NCBI GenBank assembly: GCA_034520565.1
Contig: JAXHNL010000002.1
Coordinates: forward strand, 1,184,001-1,248,000
Source: Halodesulfurarchaeum sp.
Lineage (GTDB): Archaea; Halobacteriota; Halobacteria; Halobacteriales; Halobacteriaceae
Length of the DNA: 64,000 nt
Direction: 5' to 3'
Shown here: positions 1-11,779 of the stretch, one piece after another
Position numbering within the stretch: position 1 is the first letter of the stretch
Layout of the letters: the number at the start of each line of letters is the position of its first letter
The notes under the pieces: generated by a model
The model's input: the letters and a program-made list of their open reading frames with translations, nothing else
The model's database searches: none
Told to the model about the DNA's origin: nothing
Program-made: the position numbers and the translations under genes

Positions 1-118
1 CGACGTGGAACCGGCTCTCACAGGCCGTACACTCGTATTCGGTAGTCTTCTCGGCCGCGGTTTCGGCCCGTTGTTTGAAGGTTTCGACCTGCCGGCCGAT
101 CCGGTTGAAAATCCCCAT
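1..118 (-). CDS. Small CxxC (zinc-ribbon-like) protein, partial (runs off window)
   Basis: Manual translation from ATG at 118: MGIFNRIGRQVETFKQRAETAAEKTTEYECTACESRFHV..; not in the ORF track. Confidence 0.65.
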   Translation of the reverse strand, partial: MGIFNRIGRQVETFKQRAETAAEKTTEYECTACESRFHV

Positions 119-176
119 TCCTCGATCGGGTTACGGGAAGCGAAAGGATAAGCTATGGGGGACTCCGGACGATCGC

Positions 177-584
177 TCAGGCCGAGGCGAATCGGTCGTC
201 GACTGCGGCGAGCACCCGCTCAAGCCGCTCTTTTACGTCCGCTGCGATCGGTTCGAGGGCCGGATTGTCGGGCAGGGAAAGCAGTTGATCGGGATCGACC
301 GCACTCACGACGACCGCACCGGTTTCAGTCTCGTAAATCGCCACGTTACAGGGCAGGAGGGAGCCCAGATCCGTTTCGGCCGAAATCCCCTCGTGGGCCA
401 GCGGCGGGTTGCAGGCCCCGAGAATACGATACCTGTCCATTTCGACGTCCAACTTCTCCGAAAAGGTGGTCTGGACGTCGATATCCGAGAGGACGCCGAA
501 CCCCACGTTTCCGAGGGCGGTGGTGACTGCGTCGAGAACGTCCTCGAACGGTGCGTCGATCGTCGTCTGCAGTGTGTAGGTCAT
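177..584 (-). CDS. DUF302 domain protein
   Basis: GFGVLSDID..YRILGACNP..LLPCNV motifs; acidic composition. Confidence 0.9.
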   Translation of the reverse strand: MTYTLQTTIDAPFEDVLDAVTTALGNVGFGVLSDIDVQTTFSEKLDVEMDRYRILGACNPPLAHEGISAETDLGSLLPCNVAIYETETGAVVVSAVDPDQLLSLPDNPALEPIAADVKERLERVLAAVDDRFASA

Positions 585-827
585 GATGGTGGGACTTACG
601 TTGTGTCGTTTCGGGCCGATCCACGGACGGGTATTGTTCCACTACTGTTTGAACCCTTAATGGGGTAGTACTCCCGGCGTTCCTTGCCGAGGGAGTTCGT
701 GTCGGCTCCCGATCGATACTTCTCTCTGCACCGTCGTCCGGGAAATGGACGCCGGTAGTTGTCACCCGATCCTTCGGACCGCCGGGACGTGAGTACATTA
801 ATACTGAAGCATGCCATACGGTCACAT

Positions 828-1250
828 ATGGGTGAAATACTCGTCCCGGTCGATGGCTCGAGTCACGCAGAGGAGGCACTGCGATACGCGATCGACCACT
901 TCCCCGAGTCGGACATCACTGCGTTGCACGTCGTCGAAATCCCGACCGGATATTTCGCCGCCTCGGCGAGCGATCCCGAATCGCTGCCCCAGGTGGAGCA
1001 CCAGCGGGAGGAAGCGGAAGACCTTCTCGACGACGTCGAATCGAAGGCCTCGGAGATGGGTGGCATCATCGAAACCGCCCTCGAGACCGGCGATCCGGTC
1101 GACGAAATCCTGGCCTACGCTCAGCGAAACGACGTCGACGAGATCGTGATCGGGAGCCGGGGTATTTCAGGCGTGGGCCGGATCATGTTCGGGAGCGTCG
1201 CCGAGAAGGTCGTCCGTCGCTCGGAAATTCCGGTCATTGTGGTTCACTAA
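828..1250 (+). CDS. Universal stress protein (UspA family)
   Basis: ILVPVDGS N-terminus and IVIGSRG..FGSVAEKVVRRS..PVIVV C-terminus; ATG at 828. Confidence 0.93.
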   Translation: MGEILVPVDGSSHAEEALRYAIDHFPESDITALHVVEIPTGYFAASASDPESLPQVEHQREEAEDLLDDVESKASEMGGIIETALETGDPVDEILAYAQRNDVDEIVIGSRGISGVGRIMFGSVAEKVVRRSEIPVIVVH

Positions 1251-1398
1251 AGGCTGGATTCGAGACACGAGCTTTTTTCCGGTGAGGAAATCGTGGAGTG
1301 TGGGATCGATTCGCGAAAATCCTCGACGCCCCGGCGTTCAGTTTTCCGTTGCAAGGCGTCGCTCGAACTGTCTGTGATTCGGGTCCGGCCGGTTGAAC

Positions 1399-1410
1399 CG
1401 AATACGTTCG
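1399..1410. promoter_or_regulatory. CGAA-N4-TTCG palindrome (CGAATACGTTCG)
   Basis: Inverted repeat in the intergenic region upstream of the nar operon; the motif recurs repeatedly in this region. Confidence 0.55.
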
Positions 1411-1910
1411 GGACAACAACCAACGACCTTTCACCAGTGCCATGTTGCATGGCGGCCGTGACACTCGCGCTACGTGCCCCGCGCCAAGTCGAGTGGTTTC
1501 CCTGGGTCAGAAAGGCGTTCGTCCGCCACGGGTCCGGCGGGACACTGCCGCTGAGTATCGAACACGAGCCACGGCCGCGAGACTCTCAGCCGGACGCGGA
1601 AACCAGGTCCGTTGATCCAGACGGAGAATTAGTAACACCGCGCGGTTTGACCGAGTTCCTAATGGATATCTTACAGATCAGTGTGTCGACCGGGGGTCCC
1701 GAGCACCGGATGATACGTGACAACAGGGGTGACAACCTGGCCGAGCGGTAAATTCCACGCGATCGGGGTAGTTTTCGGCGCAAGCCGGGCGGACTGGAGT
1801 CAAAATGGAGGCGGAATTAACAGAAATTTTACTATACGGGGAATCAATGGAAACCTCATTATTCGGTATGCTCTTGACGGTATACTGCATTTCACTTCTC
1901 AAAATAACCC

Positions 1911-1920
1911 TTTATATTAA
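1911..1920 (+). promoter_or_regulatory. Candidate TATA box for the nar operon
   Basis: TTTATATTAA in an AT-rich patch about 160 bp upstream of the first nar ORF. Confidence 0.4.
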
Positions 1921-2077
1921 AGAATCAGTCATATTTGTATGGCCGCCGTACCCGGACGTATGGACAGCCCCGACCACTTACCGAGCCGGGACATTCGGTT
2001 CGGCCCGTCCGCAACCCGGCGGTATGAAACAGCCGACCCCAACAGAACCGCGACGGCAAGTCGGTGATTTTTGACAC

Positions 2078-2647
2078 ATGGACGCCCGCACCATCGCGAT
2101 CGGCCTCGTCGTGCTCGCCGTGTTGCTGCCGACGTGGTTCGCCGCGCTCCAGTCACCGGGTGAACACCCGGGGGAAGTAGAGATCGACACGAGCGAAACT
2201 GACATGCGGCCCTTGCAATCGATCCTCGAGACGCCCGCGGAATTCACTCCGGCCCAGGTGGGGGTCATCATTTGGATTGCACTTGGAGCGCTCTCGATAC
2301 TGCTCGCCGTTTTTCATCGATTCATGCATGGGCCCGGAACCACCGAGCCGGACACTGAGGCATCGGGGGAGGGCGTTCGTTCCTGGTTCCAGACGGACTC
2401 CCGCTGGATCGTCGACTTCGTGGCCGCCGAGGACAGCGCTGATGGGCTGTGGGTTATACTCGCGACGATCGCGGCGACAGTCGCCTTTGCCGTTCTGACG
2501 ATCATCGAGTTCTCGACGCTCGCACGAACCCAGTACGTCGGCCTCTACGTTGCCGGCATGTTCCTGACACTCGCCCTCGGTGTCGCCGCCTATTCGGCCT
2601 GGTTCATGCCACACGTCGTCGTGGCGGAGGAACGATACCATGGTTGA
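2078..2647 (+). CDS. Nar-operon membrane protein (first ORF)
   Basis: Four hydrophobic segments; overlaps the Rieske gene start. Confidence 0.8.
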   Translation: MDARTIAIGLVVLAVLLPTWFAALQSPGEHPGEVEIDTSETDMRPLQSILETPAEFTPAQVGVIIWIALGALSILLAVFHRFMHGPGTTEPDTEASGEGVRSWFQTDSRWIVDFVAAEDSADGLWVILATIAATVAFAVLTIIEFSTLARTQYVGLYVAGMFLTLALGVAAYSAWFMPHVVVAEERYHG

Positions 2648-3227
2648 GGATTCCGACACGGACGAAACGATCGGCAAGTGGCACCGACGCGACGTGGCAA
2701 AGGCCGCATTGGGCATCGGCGGCGCCTCGACCGCGCTCGCGCTGACCGTGCCCGCCTCGGGAATGACGAACGTCCTCTCCCGGGAGTTCGCGGGCGAGAT
2801 TTACACGGATGGCACCTACCTGGTCGACGACAACGGGGACCGTGTCGGGGCCGACGCCCTGGAGATGGGGACCCGGATGACGGTGTTCCCCGAAACCAAT
2901 CCCGGAGTCTCCGACGCGCCGACCTTACTCGTCAGGCACGAGGAATCGGCCTACGTGGCGCCGACGAACCTCGCGTTCACCGTCGCGGGCTACGCGGCGT
3001 ATTCGAAGGTGTGTACGCACGCGGGGTGTATGGTCGCGGAGGCCGAGGAAGACGGAACCCTCGTCTGCCCGTGTCACTTCGCGAAGTACGACCCGACGAG
3101 GGGCGCCGAGGTGACCGACGGACCGGCCCCCAGGGCGCTGTCACAACTGCCGATTACGCTGTCAAGCGACGGCTTTCTCATGGCAACGGGCAACTTCGAG
3201 GGTCGGATCGGCCCGGGGGGTGAGTGA
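2640..3227 (+). CDS. narB: Rieske [2Fe-2S] protein of haloarchaeal Nar complex
   Basis: CTHAGC and CPCH boxes; RRD twin-arginine-like signal plus TM helix. Confidence 0.9.
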   Translation: MVEDSDTDETIGKWHRRDVAKAALGIGGASTALALTVPASGMTNVLSREFAGEIYTDGTYLVDDNGDRVGADALEMGTRMTVFPETNPGVSDAPTLLVRHEESAYVAPTNLAFTVAGYAAYSKVCTHAGCMVAEAEEDGTLVCPCHFAKYDPTRGAEVTDGPAPRALSQLPITLSSDGFLMATGNFEGRIGPGGE

Positions 3228-4540
3228 CCGTGGGCGTTCGTTCCTGGCTGACGGAGCGGTTGCACCTCGAGGACGAGCGGGGCATGCTGGGGAAAGCGTT
3301 CCCGGCAGAAGATTCGTTCCTGCTCGGCGAGGTGGCCCTGTTTTCGTTCGTCGTCATCGTCCTCTCCGGCATTTACCTGGGAACGTTATACGAGCCGAGC
3401 ACCGCCGACGTCGTCTACCAGGGCGTCGTCGATCAGTTTCAGGGTGAGGAACTCCCGGCGGCGTTCGTGAGCGTCCTCCATATCACCTACGGGGTGCCCT
3501 TCGGGATGTTCATTCGGCGGCTGCACCACTGGGCGGCCCACCTCTTTATCGCGTCGCTCGCGCTTCACATGTTCCGGGTGTACTTCACCGCAGCCTACCG
3601 GAACCCGCGGGAGATCAACTGGGTCGTCGGCGTGCTTCTCGCGGTCCTTGCGATGGGAGCAAGTTACACGGGCTATGCGTTGCCGTTCGACGAGTTCGGT
3701 GCGACGGCGACCGGGATCGGATACAACCTCGCGACCTCGGTCCCGCTGCTCGGTGATTTCCTCGCCCAGCTGGTCTTCGCCGGCGAATTCCCAGCCACGG
3801 GAACGATCCCACGACTGTTCTTCCTCCATGTCTTGCTCATTCCGCTCGCGATCATGGGACTGCTCGCCGTGCACATGATCATTCTCGTCAGACAGAAACA
3901 CACCGAGGGGGAGCGCTCCGCGGCCGAAGCCTCGGCGGCCGACGTGGACGAAAACGACGATTCGGTCGTGCTCGGGCTGCCGGCCTATCCGAACCAGGCG
4001 GCGGTCGGCACCGTCGTTTTCCTCCTTACCGTCGGGGTGCTCTCCCTGCTCGCCGGGTTCCTGCCCGTGCACAATATCGTGGCCTACGGGCCAAACGATC
4101 CGGCCAGCACGCCCGCGGTCGTCATGCCGGACTGGTTCTTGATGTGGATCTACGGCATTCTCAAGGTCCTGCCGGGCTGGACGACGGTGCACCTCGCCGG
4201 CCTCGAACTCTCCGCGGAGTTCTGGGCCGGGCTCGCGATCCCGGCCGTCGTCATCGGGGGCGTCCTCGCGTGGCCCTTCATCGATCGGCGCTCGGAACCG
4301 GGACACTTCACCGAGAACCCGCTCGAGGCACCCCGCCGGACGGCAGTCGGCGTCGGGGCGATTTCGATGGTTCTGGTGGCTTCCCTGGCCGGGATGAACA
4401 ACCTGCTCGGGGGAGCACTCGGGGTTTCGACGACGGTGTTGAATCCCTTCCTGCTCTGGGGAATCATTCTCGTCCCGATCGCCGCAGGCCTCCTGACCTA
4501 CGTGGTTCTGGGTGGTCGGTCCGGAGGTGTCGACGGATGA
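3224..4540 (+). CDS. narC: Cytochrome b (bc-type) subunit of Nar complex
   Basis: [34 protein letters not shown] and PDWF (PEWY-like) motifs. Confidence 0.92.
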   Translation: MTVGVRSWLTERLHLEDERGMLGKAFPAEDSFLLGEVALFSFVVIVLSGIYLGTLYEPSTADVVYQGVVDQFQGEELPAAFVSVLHITYGVPFGMFIRRLHHWAAHLFIASLALHMFRVYFTAAYRNPREINWVVGVLLAVLAMGASYTGYALPFDEFGATATGIGYNLATSVPLLGDFLAQLVFAGEFPATGTIPRLFFLHVLLIPLAIMGLLAVHMIILVRQKHTEGERSAAEASAADVDENDDSVVLGLPAYPNQAAVGTVVFLLTVGVLSLLAGFLPVHNIVAYGPNDPASTPAVVMPDWFLMWIYGILKVLPGWTTVHLAGLELSAEFWAGLAIPAVVIGGVLAWPFIDRRSEPGHFTENPLEAPRRTAVGVGAISMVLVASLAGMNNLLGGALGVSTTVLNPFLLWGIILVPIAAGLLTYVVLGGRSGGVDG

Positions 4541-4725
4541 CTGGCAGGGACCTGTCGGTCGAGACAGACCGGTATCGATGGCTCGACGTCGGCACCAAAC
4601 TGGCTGGCGTTTCCGTGATCGCGATCGGTCTCGAAACCGGAATCGAATCGGCTCCCGGGCTGGCGATCGCACTCGCCGGCGTGCTGCTGGGAGTGAGCAC
4701 CGTTTTCATCACCAGACAATCATGA
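4537..4725 (+). CDS. Small 2-TM membrane protein in nar operon
   Basis: ATGA overlaps with both neighbours; [25 protein letters not shown].. Confidence 0.75.
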   Translation: MTGRDLSVETDRYRWLDVGTKLAGVSVIAIGLETGIESAPGLAIALAGVLLGVSTVFITRQS

Positions 4726-7573
4726 GCAACGAACCAACTGACGACGGCACGACCGGGCGTCGAGACTTCTTGAAAGGTATCGGGGCGGCTGGCCTCATCG
4801 GAGCAACGGGTGTCGGGGCCGCACAGAAACTCTCGGAGATGGACCGCTTGCAGGTCGCCGATGATCCGATCGGGAACTATCCCTATCGGGAGTGGGAGGA
4901 TCTCTATCGAGAAGACTGGGACTGGGACTCGATCAGTCGCAGCACCCACAGCGTGAACTGTACGGGAAGCTGCTCGTGGGACGTCTACGTGAAGAACGGC
5001 CAGGTGTGGCGCGAAGAACAGGCTGCGGACTACCCGCGATTCGACCTCGACGTGCCCGATCCGAACCCACGGGGGTGTAACAAGGGGGCGTGTTACAAGA
5101 ACTACGTCCACGGTGCCCAGCGGGTGACCCACCCGCTCAAGCGAACCGGCGAACGCGGCGAGGGCAAGTGGCAACAGCTCTCCTGGGACGAGGCCCTCGA
5201 CGACATCGCGGCGGAAGTCATCGACACGGTCGAAGCGGGAAACTACGACGCGATCAGCGGGTTTACCCCGATCCCAGCGATGTCCCCCGCTTCATTCGCC
5301 AGTGGGTCGCGGATGATCAACCTGCTGGGTGGGGTCAGTCACTCCTTCTATGACTGGTACTCGGATCTGCCGCCGGGCCAGCCGATCACCTGGGGCCACC
5401 AGACCGACAACGCCGAGAGTGCGGACTGGTATCACGCCGATTACATCATCGCCTGGGGGTCGAACATCAACGTCACCCGGATTCCCGACGCGAAGTACTT
5501 CCTCGAAGCCGGCTACGACGGCGCCAAGACGGTCGGGGTCTTCACCGACTACTCGCAGACGGCGATTCACACCGACGAGTGGATTTCGCCGGACCCGGGT
5601 ACCGACGCTGCCCTCGCACTCGGCATGGCCCGGACGATCGTCGAGGAGGGCCGGTACGACGAGGCCCACCTGAAAGAGCAATCCGACATGCCGATGCTGG
5701 TTCGGGAGGACACCGGCAAGTTCCTCCGTGCTTCGGCGGTCCCGGGCCTTGACGGGGACGAGAAGGTCCTCGTCATGGAAGATGCCGCCGGCGATCTCCG
5801 GATCGCGCCGGCCTCCCTCGGCGACCGATCCGGGAAGTACGATTCCGATGCCAGCATCGAACTCGACTTCGACCCGTCACTGGATGTCGACCGCTCCGTC
5901 GATCTGGTGGGTGGGGGGTCGGTCCAGGTTCGGTCCGTCTGGAACCGGCTCCGCGAGGAACTCTCCACCTACACGCCCTCGTGGGTGTACGACGAGACGG
6001 GCGTCGGCGAGGAAACAGTCCAGCGGATCGCGCGAGAGTTCGCCGCGGCGGACCGGGGAAAGATCATCCACGGCAAGGGCGTCAACGACTGGTACCACAA
6101 CGATCTGGGCAACCGGTCGATCCAGCTGCTTGTCACCCTGACCGGTCATATCGGTCGGCGGGGGACCGGTGTCGATCACTACGTCGGCCAGGAGAAGATC
6201 TGGACGTTCAACGGCTGGAAGAACCTCTCGTTCCCGACGGGCAGCGTTCGAGGGATGCCGACGACGCTCTGGACGTACTACCACGCGGGAGTGACCGACG
6301 ATCAACCCCGAACTCGCGCGACCGAATCGAGGAGTCCGTTTCGAACGGGACTGGATGCCGCTGTATCCCCAGAAACGCGAAGACGGAACCCGACCGGACC
6401 CGAGCATCTTGTTCGTCGTGGCGGGGCAACTACTTCAACCAGGCCAAAGGTGGCACCTCGGTCAAGGAGACCCTCTGGCCGAAACTCGACCTGATCGTCG
6501 ACGTGAACTACCGAATGGATTCGACCGCGAAGTGGGCCGATTACGTCCTTCCGGCGGCCTCGAACTACGAGAAGTACGACCTCTCGATGACGGACATGCA
6601 CACGTACGTGCATCCCTTTACCAAGGCGATCGAGCCTCTGGGCGAGTCCAAGTCCGACTGGGAGATCTTCCGGCTTCTCGCCGAACGAATCCAGGAGAAG
6701 GCACGGGAACGCGATCTCGATCCGATCCCCGACCGCTCCTTCGATCGGGAGATCGACCTCCAGTCCATCCACGACGACTACGTCAGGGACTGGATCACGG
6801 GCGAGGAGGGGTCGCTCGATTCGGGCCGGGCCGCCTCCGAGTTCATCCTCGAGCACTCGACGGAAACCAACGCTTCCGGGGACGACCCGATCACCTTCGA
6901 GGACACGATCGAGCAGCCACAGCGCTTCCAGGCCGCGGGCGATCACTGGACCTCGAACGTCGAGGACGGGGAAACCTACACGCCGTGGATGGACTTCGTT
7001 CAGGACAAGGAGCCCTGGCCGACCTTCACCGGCCGCCAGCAGTACTACATCGACCACGACTGGTTCCTCGAACTTGGAGAGGAACTGCCGACCCACAAGG
7101 GACCGATCGACGAACAGGATCCGGAGGAGTATCCCCTTCGGTACAATTCTCCCCACGGCCGGTACTCCATCCACTCGACCTGGCGGGACGACAAGTATAT
7201 GCTCCGGCTCAATCGGGGCCAACCGGTCATCTACCTCCATCCCAACGACGCGAGACGTCGGGACATCGAAGACGGCGAGGCGGTGCGGATCTACAACGAC
7301 GAGGGGTCGATTACGGCGATGGCGAAAATCTACCCCAGCAGCGAAGACCGGGACGTGCACGGATGCCCTTCGCGTGGGAGCAGCTACCAGTTCCCCGATC
7401 GGGACAACTTCAACGTCGCTCGTCTCCGATGTACGATGAAACCGACCCAACTGGTCCAGTACCCGGAGGACTCGGGCGAACACCTCTACTTCTTCCCCAA
7501 CTACTGGGGACCCACAGGCGTGAACAGCGACGTCCGCGTCGAGGTCGAGAAGAAGGGAGGTGATGGCACATGA
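4722..7573 (+). CDS. narG: Tat-exported respiratory nitrate reductase alpha subunit (frameshifted in this sequence)
   Basis: RRDFLK Tat motif; HSVNCTGSC..C FS0 motif; TPIPAMS; YDWYSDLP Asp ligand. The reading frame switches near 6300-6420 and 7350-7440 between ORFs 4512, 5981 and 6355. Confidence 0.92.
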
Positions 7574-8623
7574 GCGCTCCGAATCCCAGCGTCGAACTCG
7601 CGGATGGGATCGACCACCAGGTCGCGATGGTGATGGACCTCAGCAAGTGCATCGGCTGTCAGACCTGTACGGTCGGCTGTAAGACGACGTGGACGGAGGG
7701 CGACGGTGAGGAGTACATGTACTGGAACAACGTGGAAACCCGTCCCGGGGCTGGCTACCCGAAGGATTGGGAGTCGAAGGGCGGCGGCTGGGAATCCGCG
7801 ACCCGCGGCTCGGTCAAAGACGGGCAGTTGCCCGGCACGGACGAATACGGTGAAGCCTGGGAGTTCAATTACGAGGAGGTCTGTACGAGGGCGAGCGACC
7901 GAGCCATTGCGACCGGCGGGTGGAACCCCGGACTGGGGTCCCAACTGGGACGAGGACCAGGGAGCGGGCCAGCACCCAAACTCCTATTACTTCTACCTCC
8001 CCCGGATTTGCAACCATTGCACCCATCCGACGTGCGTGGAGGCCTGTCCACGACAGGCGATCTACAAGCGGGCCGAGGACGGGGTCGTTCTGGTTGACCA
8101 GGAGCGGTGCCGTGGCTACCGGTACTGCGTCGAGGGGTGTCCCTACAAGAAGGTCTACTACAACGCGGTCAAGAAGACCTCGGAGAAGTGCATCTTCTGC
8201 TATCCGCGACTCGAAGGCGAGGGCCCGGACGGCGAGGTCCACGGCCCCGTCTGTGCGGAGGAGTGCACGACACAACTCCGGATGGTCGGGTTCCTCGACG
8301 ATCGACAGGGCCCCATCTACAAGCTGGTGGAACAGTACGAGGTCGCGCTGCCGCTCCATCCGGAGTACCAGACCGCACCGAACGTCTTCTACATCCCGCC
8401 GTTTGCGCCCCCGCAGATCGACAGCGACGGGGAGACCACCGACGTCGATCGCATTCCTCGCTCGTACCTCGAGGACCTCTTCGGCGAGGCGGTCCACGAC
8501 GCCCTCGACACCCTCGAACGCGAGCGTGCGAAGGTGAATCGCGGTGCGGACAGCGAACTCATGGAGATCCTCACGAGCGAGAATCCCGCCCAACAGTACC
8601 GACTGGAGGTGTTCGAGGAATGA
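7570..8623 (+). CDS. narH: Nitrate reductase beta (Fe-S) subunit (one net frameshift near 7900)
   Basis: KCIGCQTCTVGC in ORF 7570; CNHCTHPTCVEACP, CRGYRYCVEGCPY and KCIFCYPR in ORF 7706. Confidence 0.93.
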
Positions 8624-9441
8624 AACTCCCACGAACGACCGGAGCAATCGCCGGAATCGCGTTGCTCGTCGTGATTTCGGCGGTGATGCTCCCGGCGATA
8701 GCCGTTGGTGTCCCGGCCAACCAGGTGCCGGTGAGCCACCAACCGGACGCAGCAGCGGAACTGTCGACCCCGAACGGGGCAGCCTGGAGTGAGGTCGAAA
8801 GCCGCGAAATACCGTTGACGAGTGCACCGTCCGGGCTCCCCGGTGCGAACGTCGTGTCGACGGAGGCGGTGAGCGTCAAGACGGCCCACACCGATTCGAC
8901 CCTCTACGTCCGAATGCAGTGGGACGACCGCACGGAGAACGTCTCCGAGTCCTCGCTGAAGGCCTTCACCGACGGTGCAGCCGTCCAGCTTCCGGCGAAC
9001 GTCTCGACGGAGCCGGCAGTCGAACTCGGGAGTCAGGACACCCCCGTCAATCTCTGGTACTGGACCGGAGCTTCGGGTGCCGAAGAGGCGCTCGCTGGCG
9101 GGTACAACCCCGGCAGCATCACCGCGATGGAGAACACCACGATCGAAACCACCGCGAGTCACGAGGACGGGACCTGGACTGTCGTCTTCGAGCGTTCGCT
9201 CGAAACTGGCGACGACGCCCGGGCCGACTTCGACCTCGAAACCGACGTGGACATCGCCTTTGCGGTCTGGGACGGGGCGAACGCCGAGCGGTCCGGGCAT
9301 CACGCCTACAGCGAGTGGTACACCATGCCACTCGGCCCCGAACCCACCGGCCCGACCGCGCAGTACATCTTCTGGGCCGTCGCGGGGATCGGGATCGTGA
9401 TCGCCCTGGTAATCGCCGCGCGAGCACGACGGGGGCAGTAG
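8620..9441 (+). CDS. DOMON/ethylbenzene-dehydrogenase-gamma-like heme b subunit
   Basis: Signal peptide; LYVRMQWDD, WTVVFERSL, IAFAVWDG motifs; C-terminal TM anchor. Confidence 0.85.
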   Translation: MKLPRTTGAIAGIALLVVISAVMLPAIAVGVPANQVPVSHQPDAAAELSTPNGAAWSEVESREIPLTSAPSGLPGANVVSTEAVSVKTAHTDSTLYVRMQWDDRTENVSESSLKAFTDGAAVQLPANVSTEPAVELGSQDTPVNLWYWTGASGAEEALAGGYNPGSITAMENTTIETTASHEDGTWTVVFERSLETGDDARADFDLETDVDIAFAVWDGANAERSGHHAYSEWYTMPLGPEPTGPTAQYIFWAVAGIGIVIALVIAARARRGQ

Positions 9442-9443
9442 AG

Positions 9444-10088
9444 ATGTCCACGATAAACGGTGACGACGGGGTCCGCATCGAGGACCGGGAGGCAGTCGCT
9501 CTCGGAACGGTCTACGGCGTCCTCGCCAACCTGTACGAGGAGCCGTCCCGGGAGGTGTATGACCGTCTCCGGGACGGCAGCCTCTTCGCGGAACTCGATG
9601 GGATTATCGACCGAGCGAACCTCGACGTATCGGTCCCCACGGTCGAAACCGAGGACGACTACGACCTGCTCTGTGCCCGGTTCAACGACCTTTTCGCCGT
9701 CGGGTACCCGGACCCGGTCGTCCCGCGCTACGAGTCCGAGCACGTCGATCGATCCTGGACCGACGTCAACCTCGATCTCGCCCGCGCGTACGAGTACTTC
9801 GACGTGGAGATCGACGAGACCGAACGGGAGCATCACGACTATCTCCCCCTGGAACTGGAGTTCGTCGGCTACCTCTCGCGGCTCGCGGCGACCGGCGAAA
9901 CCGACGCGAGACGGGCCCGGGCGGATTTCCTCGATCGCCATCTGGAACCCTTCCTCGCGTCCATGGAGGAGACCGTCGCGGACGAGCCGGAAACCGGCAT
10001 CTACGCCAACGTGATCGACTTCACGGAGCGGTTCGTCCGTGCTGACCGCGACCGACTTACGTCCCAGATGACGGTGAACGCCGAATGA
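9444..10088 (+). CDS. TorD/NarJ-type molybdoenzyme chaperone
   Basis: PRYESEH, HDYLPLELEF and FLDRHL motifs; follows the narH and heme-b genes. Confidence 0.88.
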   Translation: MSTINGDDGVRIEDREAVALGTVYGVLANLYEEPSREVYDRLRDGSLFAELDGIIDRANLDVSVPTVETEDDYDLLCARFNDLFAVGYPDPVVPRYESEHVDRSWTDVNLDLARAYEYFDVEIDETEREHHDYLPLELEFVGYLSRLAATGETDARRARADFLDRHLEPFLASMEETVADEPETGIYANVIDFTERFVRADRDRLTSQMTVNAE

Positions 10089-10960
10089 CCGGACTCACGC
10101 TCGGACTGCGGGACACCGTCGGGCGGACCGCAGTCGGGAGTGACCGGGCCACGATCTATCGGTGGGCCGGGTTGGTCGCGCTGGTCCCGACTGTGGTGCA
10201 GTTGGCGTTTACGATCGGGACGAACACGCCACTCGGTCTCCGGTTGCCGCTACAGGCGATCGGCGCACCGATCGAAGCCGCAGCGGTGGCTGGCCCGGCA
10301 GTGGCCGCACTCGTCCTGGGGTACACCGCGACGAACGACCTCGTTCGCGTCGCGATGCTCACGGCGGGGGTATTTGGCGGCCTGACACTCGTTTCCCGAA
10401 CGGCGACGGGACCGGCGATCGTTTCGCTGGGGACTGCGGGCGTCCTGTTGGCGGTCTCACAACGTCCACGGACGGCCGAAACAGGAGCACTGCTTCGATT
10501 TGGCGTGACAATCGCGTTCGTCGTCGGGATCGTCACATCGCTGAGCGCGAGTCTGGGATTCGAACCTGCGATCACCCGGCGGTTGGGTTCAGTCAGTATC
10601 GCCGTCGCGATTGCGGGGACGCCAGCCTACGCGGGCATCTCTCTCCGGAGCCTGGCCGTTGGAGCCATCGCGGGCGTGCTGGTCTTCGGCTTCGGACTGC
10701 TCTCACCGGTGCTCACGGCTGCGGTTTCCCTACTCGGGCTCGGCATCGTGGGGCTTCCGCTCGTCCTCTTCGCGCTCGGGGCGGTCGGTGGCATGACGGC
10801 CGTCGCATCAGGGGCAGAACGACGGGCTGTGCCCGTCGTGCTGGCCGGACTCCTCGTTCTCGCTGCCGGGGTCCCGACGACAGTCCCAGTGGCGGTGGCG
10901 GTACTGGTTGCGATCGTCCTCTTCGCCGCGAGCGAGTCCGGGCAGGGGGTGACCGAATGA
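10085..10960 (+). CDS. Multi-pass membrane protein (nar operon)
   Basis: About 9-10 hydrophobic helices; ATGA overlaps with both neighbours. Confidence 0.8.
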   Translation: MTGLTLGLRDTVGRTAVGSDRATIYRWAGLVALVPTVVQLAFTIGTNTPLGLRLPLQAIGAPIEAAAVAGPAVAALVLGYTATNDLVRVAMLTAGVFGGLTLVSRTATGPAIVSLGTAGVLLAVSQRPRTAETGALLRFGVTIAFVVGIVTSLSASLGFEPAITRRLGSVSIAVAIAGTPAYAGISLRSLAVGAIAGVLVFGFGLLSPVLTAAVSLLGLGIVGLPLVLFALGAVGGMTAVASGAERRAVPVVLAGLLVLAAGVPTTVPVAVAVLVAIVLFAASESGQGVTE

Positions 10961-11730
10961 CCGATGAAACCCCGACGCGGGACGCGGTCGGGAAAGATGG
11001 CGTGACCGAGGTCCGGGACATCACGCTCGGGAACGCCCAATTGGCGGACTACTCCGCCGCCGACATTGCTCCCGTCGAGGACACCCCGAAAAAGGCACTT
11101 GAAGCGATGCTCGGGGCAGCGGAAGCGCCAACGCGGCGCCGGGCAGCGCTCGCACTCGCGAGACGAGAAGGGAGCGATTCGATTCGGGAGACACTCGGCT
11201 CGCTCGCTCGAAGCGACCCGGACGAGCACGTTCGACAGTTCGCCATCGAGGCGCTGGGGAAACTCGATGGCGATCCGGCGGTCGCTCTCGAGGTGCTCGA
11301 AACCGACGAGAACCAGTGGGTTAGGGCCGAAGCCACCGTGGCCCTCGACCGGTTGGCCCGCGAGGAGTTCGAAGATCGATTCGAATCGCTTCTCGAGGAC
11401 GACGCGGAAGGGGTCCGGCGCAATGCGCTGATATCGCTGACGCGGATCCGCCGGGACGGTGCCCGCGAGGACCTTCTCGATGCGCTTTCCGATCCCAGCG
11501 ATCGGGTCAGGGAGTGGGCCGTCAAACTGCTCGGTCAGTACGACGACGATCCGGAGGTCGAAGCGGCATTGGAGGCGATTCTGGAGGACGAGCGCGAGGT
11601 CGAGGTCGTCCGCGAAACGGCTGCTCGGTCCCTCGGTGCCAGAGGAACCGACGTAGAGACGCTCCTCGAGGAAGGTACCGGCACGGCATCCGCCGACGAC
11701 CACATGCTCAACCGCGTTCCGGACGGGTAA
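10957..11730 (+). CDS. HEAT/PBS-lyase repeat protein
   Basis: Repeated D..VR..A..ALG units. Confidence 0.87.
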   Translation: MTDETPTRDAVGKDGVTEVRDITLGNAQLADYSAADIAPVEDTPKKALEAMLGAAEAPTRRRAALALARREGSDSIRETLGSLARSDPDEHVRQFAIEALGKLDGDPAVALEVLETDENQWVRAEATVALDRLAREEFEDRFESLLEDDAEGVRRNALISLTRIRRDGAREDLLDALSDPSDRVREWAVKLLGQYDDDPEVEAALEAILEDEREVEVVRETAARSLGARGTDVETLLEEGTGTASADDHMLNRVPDG

Positions 11731-11767
11731 CTCGATTCTCCTGCTGTCAGTTCGAGACGGTCGATCA

Positions 11768-11779
11768 CGAACCTGTTCG
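11768..11779. promoter_or_regulatory. CGAA-N4-TTCG palindrome (CGAACCTGTTCG)
   Basis: Lies in the intergenic region upstream of the NarO-like regulator. Confidence 0.5.

Noticed and set aside
6290-7930. Multiple frameshifts in narG/narH as programmed frameshifting or pseudogenisation
   Set aside because: The indels cluster in short patches, there are no obvious slippery sites, and all catalytic motifs are intact. Similar breaks occur in the core genes purD, sdhC and cyaB, so sequencing error is most likely. Read mapping would settle it.
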